Positions 56,575 to 64,000 of a stretch of DNA of 64,000 nt are shown here, piece after piece (the stretch's first letter is position 1; each line of letters starts with the position of its first letter). Source of the DNA: an uncultured Dehalococcoidia bacterium (GTDB lineage: Bacteria > Chloroflexota > Dehalococcoidia > Lucifugimonadales > GCA-2712585); assembly GCA_964418665.1 (NCBI GenBank), contig CAYQLZ010000008.1:29924-93923 (forward strand), read 5' to 3'. The notes under the pieces were generated by a model, which was not told the DNA's origin, did not search any database, and worked only from the letters and a program-made list of their open reading frames with translations. A program made the translations under genes and the position numbers.

Positions 56575-57531
56575 TTAGTCGGCGGGGGCCAGTAGAGCTT
56601 CTACGAACTCACGGGAATTGAAGGGCGCCATGTCTTCGACCCCTTCGCCGGTGCCGATGTAGCTGATGGGGATGCCAAGCTCACGGGTAATGGCGAGTAC
56701 AATGCCTCCACGGGCGGAGCCGTCGAGCTTGGCGAGGAATACCCCAGTGCAGCCGAGGGCGTTGGTGAAAGCCTGGGCTTGGCTCAGGCCGTTATGTCCC
56801 GTGGTAGCATCAAGTGCCAGGAGGACCTCGTGGGGGGCGGTGGGATCCAGTCGGCGAATGACGGAGTGTATCTTCTTGGCCTCGGCCATCAGATTGGTCT
56901 TAGTATGGAGGCGGCCCGCGGTATCGATGATCAAGGTGTCGGCGCCGCGGGCGCGAGCTGCCTGAAAGGAGTCGAAGGCGACTGCACCCGGATCGGCGCC
57001 CTGGGAGTGGGCCACAACGTCGACGCCAACACGTTGTCCCCAAATCTGAAGCTGGTCAATGGCGGCGGCGCGAAAGGTGTCGGCGGCGGCCAGGAGGACC
57101 TGGCGTCCATCTTCCTTATAAGCATGAGCCAGCTTTGCGATGCTGGTGGTCTTTCCCACCCCATTCACGCCAACAACCAGTACAACATAGGGTGACTTTG
57201 CCGCAGGTGTTGGGAGACCGTTTGAGCCTTGGTTGGATGAATTGAGGAGGGCTACAAGTTCTTCCTTCAGGGCGTCGAAAACCTGTCCCGGCTCTTGCAG
57301 CGATTCATTACGAGTGCGCCGCCTGAGATCTTCGACCAGTTCGAGGGATGTTTCGACTCCGACGTCTCCCGAGATGAGCATCTCTTCCAGCTCTTCCCAG
57401 ATACTTTCGTCGAGACGGGAGCGTTGAAAGACTTCGCGAATGCGTCCAAAGAGGCCGCGGCGGCTGCGTTTGACCGCGGATTCAGTTTTGGCCTTGTTCT
57501 CACCGGCTTTCCTGCGTAGAAACTTGAGCAT
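56575..57531 (-). CDS. ftsY: signal recognition particle receptor FtsY
   Basis: NG domain: VGVNGVGKTTSIAKLA, DTAGRLH, TKLDGSARGG. Confidence 0.93.
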   Translation of the reverse strand: MLKFLRRKAGENKAKTESAVKRSRRGLFGRIREVFQRSRLDESIWEELEEMLISGDVGVETSLELVEDLRRRTRNESLQEPGQVFDALKEELVALLNSSNQGSNGLPTPAAKSPYVVLVVGVNGVGKTTSIAKLAHAYKEDGRQVLLAAADTFRAAAIDQLQIWGQRVGVDVVAHSQGADPGAVAFDSFQAARARGADTLIIDTAGRLHTKTNLMAEAKKIHSVIRRLDPTAPHEVLLALDATTGHNGLSQAQAFTNALGCTGVFLAKLDGSARGGIVLAITRELGIPISYIGTGEGVEDMAPFNSREFVEALLAPAD

Positions 57532-57536
57532 CGCCC

Positions 57537-58250
57537 TTAATCCGAACCTGCAGTTTCCAGGGTTGGTAGGGTCTTCAATGCCTTTGCGGCCGCCTTGCGT
57601 TCGGCATCCACTTTCCGGCTGGCGACACCAACGCCGGCGATCCGGTTGTCCAGGAGCACCTCGACAATGAAGGTGCGGCGGTGGTCAGGTCCGCGCTCGT
57701 CTACCACGCGATACTGGGGCAGGGAATCATGGCGAGCCTGGACCACCTCCTGCAGGTGAGACTTGGGATCCAGAGGGGCGTGGCCCATCCGTTTAATCAG
57801 CTTGATTTCGGGAGAGAGGAGATTCAAGATTAGGCTTCTTGCCGCCTCTGGACCCTGGTCCAGGTAGGCTGCGCCGATTATGGCCTCCACAGCTGCCGCC
57901 AGATTTGAACTGCGTTCACGTCCCCCGTTGGCTTCTTCACCGCGGCCCATGTGAAGCAAGTTTCCCAGATCGAGTTCCTCTGCGGCGGCGGCCAGAGTTC
58001 TCTCCTGTACCAGATGGGCGCGGAGTTTGGTAAGTTCACCCTCGTCCAGTGTGGGGAAGCGTTGGTACAGTTCCGACGCCGCAACGTATCCAAGGACGGC
58101 ATCTCCCAGGAACTCGAGGCGCTGGTAGGATGCTCTGGAAGCATCCGGGGTTTCATTGAGGAAAGAAGGATGGGTAAGGGCTTCAATGAGCAGATTGGGA
58201 CTGTCGAAAGACAGTCCCAGCCTGTAAGTCGCCCACTGTACCTCGGACAA
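57537..58250 (-). CDS. rnc: ribonuclease III
   Basis: LLIEALTHPSF...YQRLEFLGDAVLG is the signature, with a C-terminal dsRBD. The TTG at 58250 preceded by GGAGG is preferred. The ORF-track start at 58334 would overlap the upstream gene by 70 nt. Confidence 0.88.
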   Translation of the reverse strand: MSEVQWATYRLGLSFDSPNLLIEALTHPSFLNETPDASRASYQRLEFLGDAVLGYVAASELYQRFPTLDEGELTKLRAHLVQERTLAAAAEELDLGNLLHMGRGEEANGGRERSSNLAAAVEAIIGAAYLDQGPEAARSLILNLLSPEIKLIKRMGHAPLDPKSHLQEVVQARHDSLPQYRVVDERGPDHRRTFIVEVLLDNRIAGVGVASRKVDAERKAAAKALKTLPTLETAGSD

Positions 58251-58264
58251 CTTGCCTCCGGAAG

Positions 58265-58900
58265 CTACGCTGCGGGAGTGACACCCGCCGGCCATGGAGG
58301 CTGCGGGCGCTTGATCTCGCCGATGTTGACCCATTGGGACATCATCTTCACGAGGCTGTCGTACATCTCGGCCGCGTCATCCTGGGACGGGTAGAACATC
58401 TTGAGAAATACTGAGCCGCCGTTGTCGAAAGCGAAGGTAGGTACGCCAAAGGCTCCGTATTTCTGGGTGGCTTCAGTGTGACTCTCGCCAATGGTAGTCA
58501 GGATGGAGGGGTCCTTCATGTCTTCTTGCAGGCGGCCCACGTCCAAACCAGAGTCCTTGGCGATTTCCAAGAGTACGTCGGGTTCGTCCAGATTCCTTCT
58601 GTCCACATGGCGGGCGTGAAGTAGGCCATCATGGAAGGCGTCGTAGAGTATCTTCCCCTGGCGCATGGCGGCGATTCCGGCAATGTGGGCCAGCATTCCC
58701 CTGACTTTCTCGTCAGCGGGGCGCTCCCAAGCCTTCCAGTCGGAACTCTCTTTGCTGTTGGCCTGAGCCAGAACGAAAGGACGCCACCTTATGTTCTGCC
58801 TCTCGCCCTTGTCTTCCTCTACTCTTCGCAACCAGACCGTTGCGTTGTAGACGAAGGGTCAAGTGTAGTCGTAGAAAACTGTGATTTCTTCCTTACCCAT
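58265..58900 (-). CDS. DsbA/FrnE-like thioredoxin-fold protein with in-frame TGA (candidate selenocysteine, T-U-P-F motif)
   Basis: ATG at 58900 preceded by AAAGGAGG. It reads MGKEEITVFYDYT-TGA(58861-58859)-PFVYNATVWLRRVEE..., with the cis-Pro loop GAFGVPTFAF. The TGA sits where the family has the first Cys of CP(W/F)C. The ORF track sees only 58265-58831. Confidence 0.7.
58824..58856 (-). other. SECIS-like stem-loop downstream of the in-frame TGA
   Basis: The mRNA reads CUU-cgucuacaa-CGCAAC-GGUCUG-GUUGCG-AAG. The 6-bp upper stem starts 14 nt after UGA, and the loop begins with GGUC as in the E. coli fdhF SECIS. Confidence 0.5.
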
Positions 58901-58920
58901 AGCGCCCTCCTTTAGGTGAA

Positions 58921-58949
58921 ATTCTAGCCAGCAAGGGGCCGAAAGTCAA
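58921..58949 (-). promoter_or_regulatory. near-consensus sigma70-type promoter of the dsbA-like(Sec)-rnc-ftsY unit
   Basis: On the minus strand: TTGACT (58949-58944), 17-nt spacer, TAGAAT (58926-58921). It lies 20 nt upstream of the ATG at 58900. Confidence 0.6.
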
Positions 58950-58986
58950 AGAATTTGGCCACAACAGCGGGAATTCCATTGCTTCA

Positions 58987-58995
58987 TGCTATAAT
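58987..58995 (+). promoter_or_regulatory. extended -10 element placed 6 nt before the cca ATG (leaderless transcript candidate)
   Basis: TGcTATAAT (58987-58995), then gcgatt, then the ATG at 59002. There is no SD. Confidence 0.4.
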
Positions 58996-59001
58996 GCGAT
59001 T

Positions 59002-60264
59002 ATGATGCGTGCTGCGCCCATTTCGACACCAATTGATAGCCTCTTTGACGAATTGCAACGCTCAGAAGATGGGGATGCCGCTCTCCTCCTTGACGCGAGT
59101 CGGAGGGAAGCCAAAAGTCTTGATGGCTCCCTTTATTTGGTAGGAGGGCCGGTGCGGGACCTTATGCTGCGTCGCAAGTGTCAGGACGTGGACCTGGTTA
59201 CGGAGGGCGACGTGGACGCTTTGGCGATGGGAATTGCGGAAGCCGTCGGGTCTAAGCCGGTTCTCCACAGAAGGTTTGGGACCGCCACGGTGAAGCTGGG
59301 AGAGACGCGCTTGGATCTGGCTATGGCGCGCAAGGAGAAATACGTTAGTCCAGGGGCACTTCCGGCGGTGGCGGCCGGAACGATTGAAGAGGACCTGCTA
59401 CGGCGGGACTTCACCATCAACGCCATGGCATTGGGGCTGACTGGACGTCATGAGGGACGGTTTTTGGACCCCAGTGGGGGAATGGCGGACCTTTCCCGGG
59501 GTGAAGTGAGGATTCTGCACAAGAAGAGCTTCGTTGACGACCCAACGCGAATCTTCCGCGCCATCCGGTATGAACAGCGGTTGGGGTTCCATCTGGATTC
59601 CAACACCCTTGAGAACCTTGCTGAAGCCCTGACTGGTGGGGTGTTGGCAACGGTAAGTGCGGACAGGCTGCGACGTGAGTTGGAGCTAATTATGGAGGAG
59701 GAGCGACCTGTAAGGACCCTGATGCGAGCGGGAGAGTTGGACGTGCTGCGCAGCCTATTTCCACCTCTGGGAGAAGTGGAATGGATTCAAGCGTTTGATG
59801 AAGATGTGGAGTCGCTAACACTGGTTGCGGCACTGGCATTTCGCATGAATCCTGAGGAGGGTCTAGGTTTGGTTGCTCGGTTGAACATGCCGCCGGCTTG
59901 GTCGGAGGCGGTGACCGGGATGGGGCGCCTGAAATCACTAATGCCCGATCCGGAAGAATCAGAAATGACTCATTCAGAGCTATACCGGATGTTGGAAGGT
60001 TGTCCAATATCCAGCATAGACGCACTACGATATCTGTCTCCCAATGAGATTGTGAGGGGACGACTAGACCACTTCATGACAAGCCTGCGGTATGAGAAGC
60101 CCATTCTGCGAGGTGGAGAACTGATTGAGTTAGGAGTGTCCCAGGGGCCAAAGGTGGGGAAGATTCTGCGAATGATACAGGACGCTCGGTTGGATGGAGA
60201 GGTGGCGTCACGTGAGGACGAACGTACGTTGGTCCGAAGATTGTTGAAAATGGGGAGTGTCTAA
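59002..60264 (+). CDS. cca: tRNA nucleotidyltransferase (CCA-adding enzyme / poly(A) polymerase family)
   Basis: LYLVGGPVRDLML...DVDLVT, RDFTINA, and a long head-neck-body layout. 420 aa. Confidence 0.85.
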   Translation: MMRAAPISTPIDSLFDELQRSEDGDAALLLDASRREAKSLDGSLYLVGGPVRDLMLRRKCQDVDLVTEGDVDALAMGIAEAVGSKPVLHRRFGTATVKLGETRLDLAMARKEKYVSPGALPAVAAGTIEEDLLRRDFTINAMALGLTGRHEGRFLDPSGGMADLSRGEVRILHKKSFVDDPTRIFRAIRYEQRLGFHLDSNTLENLAEALTGGVLATVSADRLRRELELIMEEERPVRTLMRAGELDVLRSLFPPLGEVEWIQAFDEDVESLTLVAALAFRMNPEEGLGLVARLNMPPAWSEAVTGMGRLKSLMPDPEESEMTHSELYRMLEGCPISSIDALRYLSPNEIVRGRLDHFMTSLRYEKPILRGGELIELGVSQGPKVGKILRMIQDARLDGEVASREDERTLVRRLLKMGSV

Positions 60265-60336
60265 AGATTGGTGCCGGCGAGCAAAGATGCGGTCTAATTT
60301 GGAAAAGCCAATATCATGCTGGGGAACGAGGCAAGA

Positions 60337-61374
60337 ATGAGAGCAGTGTATATCGAAAGCCACGGAGGGCCTGAGGTGTTGCAGTATGGAGAACGGCCTG
60401 AACCCTCGCCCATGGCCGGCGAGGTGAAGGTACGGGTAGAGGCGTCTGCATTGAACCGTTTGGATACCTATGTGCGTACAGGTCGGCGCGGGCAACGTCG
60501 GAACTTTCCCCCGGCGCATATCCCCGGGGGAGATTCCGCAGGTGTGGTGACTGAGGTGGCTTTCGGCACGGACACCGGCCTCGTGGGGCGTAGGGTAGTT
60601 ATCAATCCACGCATCCCTTGTGGGACCTGCGAATTCTGCATTGACGGAAACGATGATGTCTGTCCAAGGTTTCGATTTCTCGGTAGCAATCGTGATGGCA
60701 GCTATGCGGAATATGTTTGCCTGCCTGCGTCTAACGTGCATTTGCTGGATCAGAGTGTGGCTTTTGAGACTGCTGCAGCCACGCCCACGGTGTATCTGCC
60801 GACATGGAACATGCTCATCCGAAAGGCCCAGCTGAGGCCCTGGGAAACGGTACTCATTCTTTCTGCGTCAGCCGGTGTGGGCACGGCGGCGATTCAGGTG
60901 GCTAAGTCCGTGGTAGGAGCAACGGTGATAACCACAACCAGTAGCGCTAAGAAGGCGGAAATGGCGAGGGAAATCGGTGCGGACCACGTGATTGACTACA
61001 CCAAGGAGAGTATTCCCGATAGGGTAAGGGAGCTTACAGGGGGTCGGGGCGTCGACGTTGTGGTGGATCACGTGGGCGCGCAGTTCTTCGAGGATGCCTA
61101 CAATTCTCTAAAGCGGGGCGGGCGTTATGGCCTGTGTGGAGTCACTTCAGGTTACCTGGCGAACCTGCAACTGGGTACGCTTTTCACAAAGCAGTTGCGG
61201 GTGTTTGGAGTGTTCATGGGTTCCAGGGCGGACATGGCCCAAGTCACTCAGATGTTGAATCAGGGAAGGATTCGGCCCACCATCCACCGGGTCTTTCGAC
61301 TGGAGAAAGCTGCAGAAGCTCACAGGGTGATGGAGGAGCGGAATTTCTTCGGAAAGTTGGTGCTTAAGACCTAG
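60337..61374 (+). CDS. zinc-binding alcohol dehydrogenase / quinone oxidoreductase family protein
   Basis: MRAVYIESHGGPEVLQYGERPEP is a Qor-like start, with a GroES-like domain and Rossmann motif SASAGVGTAAIQVAK. ATG at 60337 is preferred over 60316. Confidence 0.8.
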   Translation: MRAVYIESHGGPEVLQYGERPEPSPMAGEVKVRVEASALNRLDTYVRTGRRGQRRNFPPAHIPGGDSAGVVTEVAFGTDTGLVGRRVVINPRIPCGTCEFCIDGNDDVCPRFRFLGSNRDGSYAEYVCLPASNVHLLDQSVAFETAAATPTVYLPTWNMLIRKAQLRPWETVLILSASAGVGTAAIQVAKSVVGATVITTTSSAKKAEMAREIGADHVIDYTKESIPDRVRELTGGRGVDVVVDHVGAQFFEDAYNSLKRGGRYGLCGVTSGYLANLQLGTLFTKQLRVFGVFMGSRADMAQVTQMLNQGRIRPTIHRVFRLEKAAEAHRVMEERNFFGKLVLKT

Positions 61375-61407
61375 TAGCCACCGCGCAACCGATGGTCTTG
61401 GAAGGGA

Positions 61408-62433
61408 TTATCGGAGAATTCGCTCCACCAGTTGCTGAATTCTGAGGGCGGCTTCGAAGTTAGGAAGCTCGTGGTGTTCTCCCCGGACCATTGCCGCAAG
61501 GGAGTCCAGTTGGCCCTGAACGTTGTCCCATTTATCCAAGGATACGGGTTCCCAACTCTGCGCAATTTTTTCCTCCAGGTTGGCCCAGTTGAGAATTCGG
61601 TAAGTCTGGCGACTTCCATGCAGGGTCCAGGTGAGGCAGTCCTCCTTAACCTCACCGACTCGCCCTTCCAAAGTGATAGGAATGTTTCCGGTGCTCATTT
61701 GGGAGAAAACCCTTGATTCTGCGAGGTCAGAATCTTCGGGATACACCGTTAGGGTGTTGTTCACCACTGGCACTCCGAATAGCTTGCTTGTCAGGAAGGC
61801 AAAGTGAGAGAAGACCTCCCGAACGAATCCACCTTCCTTGCGGTATGCGAGCCAACCTGCGGCGTCTCTCTGCCAGCCTCGTGGCCATTCGGCGAAGTTC
61901 AAAATTATCTCAACCTTCAGGGGGTCTCCCACGAGTCCTGTGGCTATAGCGTTTCTGAGGGCGTTGTAAATTGGGCCGGTGGCGTAGCTAAAGTTGACGG
62001 CGTTTGGAATTCCTGAGAGCCTGGCGTCTTCGACTAGTCCGCGAGCCTCTTCGAGATTGATGGCAAGAGGTTTCTCGCAAAGGACCGGTTTGCCCATTTC
62101 CAATGCCAGTTCGGAGTACTCCACGTGGCTGGATGGAGGCGTGGCGATATACACAAGATTAATGTCGTCGAAGGACACCAACTCTTCGGCACTCCGGGCA
62201 ATCTGGATCCTGGGATAGGAGCTCCAAACCTTGTGGCACTGAAGCACATTTGCGTCCCATGCATAGCGAACGTCGAATTCTGTGTGACCGTTCATGGACT
62301 CCAGCATTCGTTGTCCCATGGTGCCCAGTCCGATGATCCCGACGCCCAGCGATTGATCGTGTTTGAACACGGTCCGGACCATTCTCCATCGGCTGGATTG
62401 AAGGGACGCCACGTCTAACGGGACCTCCTCCAT
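61408..62433 (-). CDS. Gfo/Idh/MocA family oxidoreductase
   Basis: GVGIIGLGTMGQRM Rossmann start and EKPLA motif (CEKPLAINLEEA). The start is uncertain (62433 or 62382). Confidence 0.85.
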   Translation of the reverse strand: MEEVPLDVASLQSSRWRMVRTVFKHDQSLGVGIIGLGTMGQRMLESMNGHTEFDVRYAWDANVLQCHKVWSSYPRIQIARSAEELVSFDDINLVYIATPPSSHVEYSELALEMGKPVLCEKPLAINLEEARGLVEDARLSGIPNAVNFSYATGPIYNALRNAIATGLVGDPLKVEIILNFAEWPRGWQRDAAGWLAYRKEGGFVREVFSHFAFLTSKLFGVPVVNNTLTVYPEDSDLAESRVFSQMSTGNIPITLEGRVGEVKEDCLTWTLHGSRQTYRILNWANLEEKIAQSWEPVSLDKWDNVQGQLDSLAAMVRGEHHELPNFEAALRIQQLVERILR

Positions 62434-63173
62434 TGTTCGTAGCGTGCTTGCAGGTCAGGGGGCAAGTCTCCGTGGACCTGGTTGACAGAATATCCCTCTT
62501 CCAAAAGGGTGCGGGTGAAGGTTTCCTCAATCTCCTGTGCGATTGCCCATTCGATAACTTCTTCAGCGATGGCTTGGGGGCATACAACCACGCCGTCATC
62601 GTCCCCAACAAGTAAGTCACCTGGATAGACTGTGACGTTCCCACAATCCACGGGCAATTGAACGTCCGCTGCCCAGTGCTCCGACATGTGACCGTATCCG
62701 TGGGGGGCTCGGACGAAGACGGGAAAGTCCTGATCTTTCAGGTAGGGAACGTCGCGAATGGCGCCGTCAGTGACCAAGCCGGAGGCTCCAAGGTAGTGCA
62801 TTCGGGCGACCAGCCGGTCTCCGAAGATTCCGGCGTGAATGTTGCCTCGGGCGCTTACGACCAGGACGTCTCCCGGCCCGACGGATTCGACGGCGACATG
62901 CTCGGGATAGAGGTGACGGGCCTCCATCGGAATGGGGAACATGGGATGATCTTCACGCCGGGGCAGGTAGCGTAGGGTGTAGGCGCGGCCAGAAAAGACG
63001 GAACCTGCCTTCAAGGGAAGTACGCCAGCCATGTAGACGAAGCGGAAACCGCGCTTGTTCAGTTCCCAGGATATGGTGGCTGAACTGGCCAGTTTAGCCT
63101 TTTCCAGGAATTCGTTGGAGAGGTGTTTTACAGGTGGTCTGAGCGGGGAAGAGTCATTGTCATTGGTATCCAT
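62415..63173 (-). CDS. RraA-family protein (RraA-like / HMG-CHA aldolase-like)
   Basis: GDVLVVSARGNIHAGIFGDRLVARMHYLGASGLVTDGAIRD. Confidence 0.75.
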   Translation of the reverse strand: MDTNDNDSSPLRPPVKHLSNEFLEKAKLASSATISWELNKRGFRFVYMAGVLPLKAGSVFSGRAYTLRYLPRREDHPMFPIPMEARHLYPEHVAVESVGPGDVLVVSARGNIHAGIFGDRLVARMHYLGASGLVTDGAIRDVPYLKDQDFPVFVRAPHGYGHMSEHWAADVQLPVDCGNVTVYPGDLLVGDDDGVVVCPQAIAEEVIEWAIAQEIEETFTRTLLEEGYSVNQVHGDLPPDLQARYEQWRRSR

Positions 63174-63190
63174 GGCTCTGTCTCCCTTTC

Positions 63191-63820
63191 CTAGTCTTGG
63201 ATGTCGTTATGACGGTCCCAGCCATCCCAGAAAGTCACATCGTCGACTGAGCGCCGACTGGTGGGACCGTATCCGTAGCCCTCAGATATGTACCCGATGG
63301 GCAGCAGGGCGGCAGTCTCGACATTATCCGGGATGTTGAGCAGGGCCTTGATTTCGTCTTCGAATCCCTTGTGAAGAGTAGTAAGAGCGCTGCCCAGGCC
63401 GAGACCTCTGGCTGCGAGGAGGATGTTTTGGACGGCGGGATAGATGGAGGCGCCGCGACCCATGGCGGAGGGGCCGCCGTTGTGCTGAATGCAGGCAAGT
63501 ATGAGGGCTGGGGCAAGGTGCATTTTCTCGGCGAGATGGGTGGCGGACCGCCTAACCCTCGGAGCAAGGGGAGGAGGAGAAATTGCCTGGGCGCCGTACA
63601 CTTTCTCCCATGACTGACGGTAGTAGTCAGCGATTTTCTTCTTGAGGCCCGTGTCTCGGATGATGAGGAACTTCCAGGGTTGGCTGTTGCCTCCACTTGG
63701 AGCCCTGATAGCGGCTTCGATCAGCCGGGTGAGGACTGAGTCGGGTACCGGATCTGGCTTGAGGTGTCTTACCGCACGCTGGCTGTATATGGCTTCGAAA
63801 AGCCCTATATCTTCACTCAT
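63191..63820 (-). CDS. nitroreductase family protein
   Basis: RAVRHLKPDPVPDSVLTRLIEAAIRAPSGGNSQPWKFLII. Confidence 0.85.
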   Translation of the reverse strand: MSEDIGLFEAIYSQRAVRHLKPDPVPDSVLTRLIEAAIRAPSGGNSQPWKFLIIRDTGLKKKIADYYRQSWEKVYGAQAISPPPLAPRVRRSATHLAEKMHLAPALILACIQHNGGPSAMGRGASIYPAVQNILLAARGLGLGSALTTLHKGFEDEIKALLNIPDNVETAALLPIGYISEGYGYGPTSRRSVDDVTFWDGWDRHNDIQD

Positions 63821-63881
63821 AAGTTCACTTAGCCGGAGATGTTCGTTTCAGCCCGTGTTCGGGCTTTTGGTCCGAAATGCC

Positions 63882-64000
63882 TCAGGTGTTGGGGAGGCCG
63901 AGGCCGTAATCATTGGTTGCGTCCAAGGTACTCATAGTTTCGTGAACGAGGCGGCTTGTGTCAACGATAAACTGTCGGTGTTCCATTGCATCCAACATGC
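63882..64000 (-). CDS. 3' end of an unidentified gene (5' part outside window)
   Basis: The minus-strand frame is open from the window edge (...MLDAMEHRQFIVDTSRLVHETMSTLDATNDYGLGLPNT) to TGA at 63884-63882. It is too short to classify. Confidence 0.3.
   Translation of the reverse strand, partial: MLDAMEHRQFIVDTSRLVHETMSTLDATNDYGLGLPNT

Noticed and set aside
58251-58334. Longer rnc ORF starting at 58334.
   Set aside because: It would overlap the dsbA-like gene by 70 nt. RNase III similarity starts later, and the TTG at 58250 has a GGAGG upstream.
63850-63868. Hairpin AGCCCG-tgtt-CGGGCT followed by TTTT, as an intrinsic terminator.
   Set aside because: The T-tract is on the plus strand, but both neighbouring genes are on the minus strand. 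It may still act weakly for the truncated gene ending at 63882, but the orientation does not fit a canonical terminator.

Overview
High-G+C bacterial chromosomal segment. The gene content, especially a TIGR03662/TIGR03663-type membrane-protein pair, suggests Chloroflexota; that assignment is inference only. I call about 58 protein genes, and most are housekeeping: mfd, proB-proA, recR-recO, a biotin carboxylase plus BCCP, lysA, holB, cmk, plsC, dnaG-rpoD, mutS and mutL, a NuoE/F/G-like module, ftsY, rnc and cca. I saw no rRNA, tRNA or CRISPR array.

Five things stand out.

1. Two thioredoxin-fold genes have an in-frame TGA exactly at the redox-cysteine position: an ArsC/Spx-like gene at 39450-39821 and a DsbA/FrnE-like gene at 58265-58900. 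Each has a strong SD+ATG upstream and a SECIS-like hairpin about 15 nt downstream of the TGA. They are candidate selenoproteins that stop-to-stop ORF calling truncates.

2. Two visibly lower-G+C accessory islands are present.
   - Island 1 (about 12995-16980) starts with a 1.7-kb insertion bracketed by a 224-bp direct duplication of the 3' end of an SDR gene. The insertion carries a three-gene cassette: a Cys-less zinc-ribbon-like small protein, a 174-aa unknown, and a second small paralogue.
   - Island 1 continues with a REP-associated tyrosine transposase (RAYT), an orphan DUF433, a methyltransferase fragment and a HicB gene with an in-frame TAA.
   - Island 2 (19730-22140) is a DUF4238 gene plus a DNA methyltransferase-HNH fusion, a candidate defence module.

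3. Nearly every larger intergenic region is a BIME-like mosaic built from at least six recurring families of short hairpin modules. One family is the palindrome that flanks the RAYT gene and is also embedded inside it.

4. A NuoEFG-like + FNR-like operon has a molybdopterin-family subunit that seems to lack the FDH catalytic Cys/Sec-His.

5. A four-gene membrane operon (FAD oxidoreductase, UPF0104, GT-C/TIGR03663, DUF2298/TIGR03662) has no known function.

All family assignments come from motif recognition by eye. No database search was run.
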